In this document: one piece after another, positions 30,660 to 32,000 of the stretch
How positions within the stretch are numbered: position 1 is the first letter of the stretch
How the letters are laid out: each line of letters begins with the position of its first letter
From: Paramicrosporidium saccamoebae KSL3
Lineage: Eukaryota > Fungi > Cryptomycota
NCBI GenBank assembly: GCA_002794465.1
Contig: MTSL01000112.1
Location: 28,173 to 60,172 of the forward strand
Reading direction: 5' to 3'
Length of the DNA stretch: 32,000 bases
The notes under the pieces: generated by a model
The model's input: only the letters and a program-made list of their open reading frames with translations
Databases searched by the model: none
Told to the model about the DNA's origin: nothing
Position numbers and translations under genes: made by a program

Positions 30660-31937
30660 ATGCTGCTCCGTATATTGCCTTTCGTCCTTGCGGTGACGGG
30701 ACTCCGAGTCGCGATCCGCTCGGGTCTCGCCCACCCGCCAAAGCTCTCTGCATTGCACGGCTATAAAGTAGAATCGCAGCCTACTAAAAACAAGCCCAGC
30801 GAATCAAGTAGCACGGAATTATCTGAAGCGGGTGCGGTAACGAACAAGTATAATGTAACAGCTCTTGCGGAACCCCAGGGCGATCAGCAGTTTATCCAAA
30901 AACTCGCTCAATTCCGCCAACGCCTCTTTCCTGATGGTATGCAACTCGATCAACAGCTGATGGCGGCGGATCAGATGAACAGTCCGGCGCTGTTTGGGGA
31001 CGATCGAGCCATTTCTTGGTTCCCGGTGCAATGTAGCACTATGGGACTTGATCTTCGCGTTGTCAGTACTCTGCAAGAGGCAAAGGATATACGCAGTAAT
31101 GCAGTGTACAAGGTACGCGATCAAGCCACTGGAAAGTTATATGTTCTCAAACACGCTGGAAAAACCGAAGACTATTCGGCCGAGGTGGGCTTTTTAATGG
31201 TTGCAAATCATCCGCTCTTTGTGCGGCCAATCTGCATCCAACGCGAACGACGAGGAGCAAGACGGCCGGGAATTGTGTTGGAATATATTGCAGGAGAACA
31301 TTCTGACGAGTATGCAAAACGTGCCACCACCACTGTTGCCGATCTCCAGAGACTCTCTGCACAACTGTTGGTGGCCCTCAAATATATGCATAAGATTGGC
31401 TTTGTGCACGGCGATCTGAAGCCGGGAAACGTTATGGTCAAGAAAAATGGCGAGTTGGTGGTCATTGATTTCGGCTATACGGCGCCCTTCCCCAATACCC
31501 GTCCGAATAGAGGGAATCCCTCCATCAAGGCCCCCGAGTTGAGCGGACTGATTACCGGCGTATTGGACGAGGCGTTGGATATGTGGGCCTATGGCAGCGT
31601 GTTGGCCACCTGGTATTCGTCCAAGTATTTATCTCCCATCCCAAAGAGATACGCCATGGTCCATATCGGCCATCATCGCGACTATAGTTTCAGTAGTGTT
31701 CCAACCAAATATCCCGCGGACCTACGTGCCGTCCTTTATTTGATGATGTCGCCTTCTCCGCCCATGCGACGATTCCGTAATGTCAAGACGCTGCAAATGT
31801 TGCAATCAATGGCATTCTTCAATTCGATTGATTGGCAGGCGTTGGACAAGAACTTGTCCGCTCTGTATCAAAAGAGAAAGAAGCAATGGAGGAATCCCCT
31901 TTCCGTCACGCCAAATGCTGTGCTAGTCGGAAATTGA
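30660..31937 (+). CDS. Divergent AGC-like Ser/Thr kinase with an N-terminal signal peptide-like sequence, 425 aa
   Basis: First ATG at 30660 (MLLRILPFVLAVTG). AVYKV...YVLK, alphaC Glu (YSAEV), HGDLKPGN, DFG, APE, DMWAYG and an AGC-type FFNSIDWQAL tail. Confidence 0.85.
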   Translation: MLLRILPFVLAVTGLRVAIRSGLAHPPKLSALHGYKVESQPTKNKPSESSSTELSEAGAVTNKYNVTALAEPQGDQQFIQKLAQFRQRLFPDGMQLDQQLMAADQMNSPALFGDDRAISWFPVQCSTMGLDLRVVSTLQEAKDIRSNAVYKVRDQATGKLYVLKHAGKTEDYSAEVGFLMVANHPLFVRPICIQRERRGARRPGIVLEYIAGEHSDEYAKRATTTVADLQRLSAQLLVALKYMHKIGFVHGDLKPGNVMVKKNGELVVIDFGYTAPFPNTRPNRGNPSIKAPELSGLITGVLDEALDMWAYGSVLATWYSSKYLSPIPKRYAMVHIGHHRDYSFSSVPTKYPADLRAVLYLMMSPSPPMRRFRNVKTLQMLQSMAFFNSIDWQALDKNLSALYQKRKKQWRNPLSVTPNAVLVGN

Positions 31938-32000
31938 GTATTGTATACTCGTAGTTTTATCGTAGTAGCTAACACACAATATGAGATTTGTAATCCATGT

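Overview
This is gene-dense eukaryotic (fungal-type) nuclear DNA. I read about 25 protein-coding genes, 19 spliceosomal introns all 30-39 nt long (one with a GC donor), and gene spacers often under 50 bp. It retains mitochondrial genes (PCP1, MRPL22, ETFA), a peroxisomal gene (PXMP4) and G-beta. This pattern fits an early-diverging, compacted fungal relative of microsporidia (Rozellomycota/Paramicrosporidium-like); the taxon is inferred, not shown. Most genes are housekeeping: NDC80, TRM8, DGAT1, PSE1, G-beta, RPS1, YPI1, YOS1, VPS25, TRM3, CHL1, ERD1-like, RIO1, DPH6, DUT1, KRI1 and a SIZ/PIAS-like ligase. The ORF track misses or truncates several of these because of micro-introns. The more unusual material lies in the few longer spacers: a five-copy degenerate dispersed repeat family that looks like decayed coding sequence (two copies flank an orphan secreted-protein gene as direct repeats), a second young two-copy element with an internal expanding array, and a 27-bp array with codon-like divergence. 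There is also a signal-peptide-bearing, non-RD, P-loop-less AGC-like kinase (candidate effector) and a SERTA-like orphan. I found no rRNA, tRNA, CRISPR array or transposase. All homology calls are from motif recognition by eye; no database search was run.
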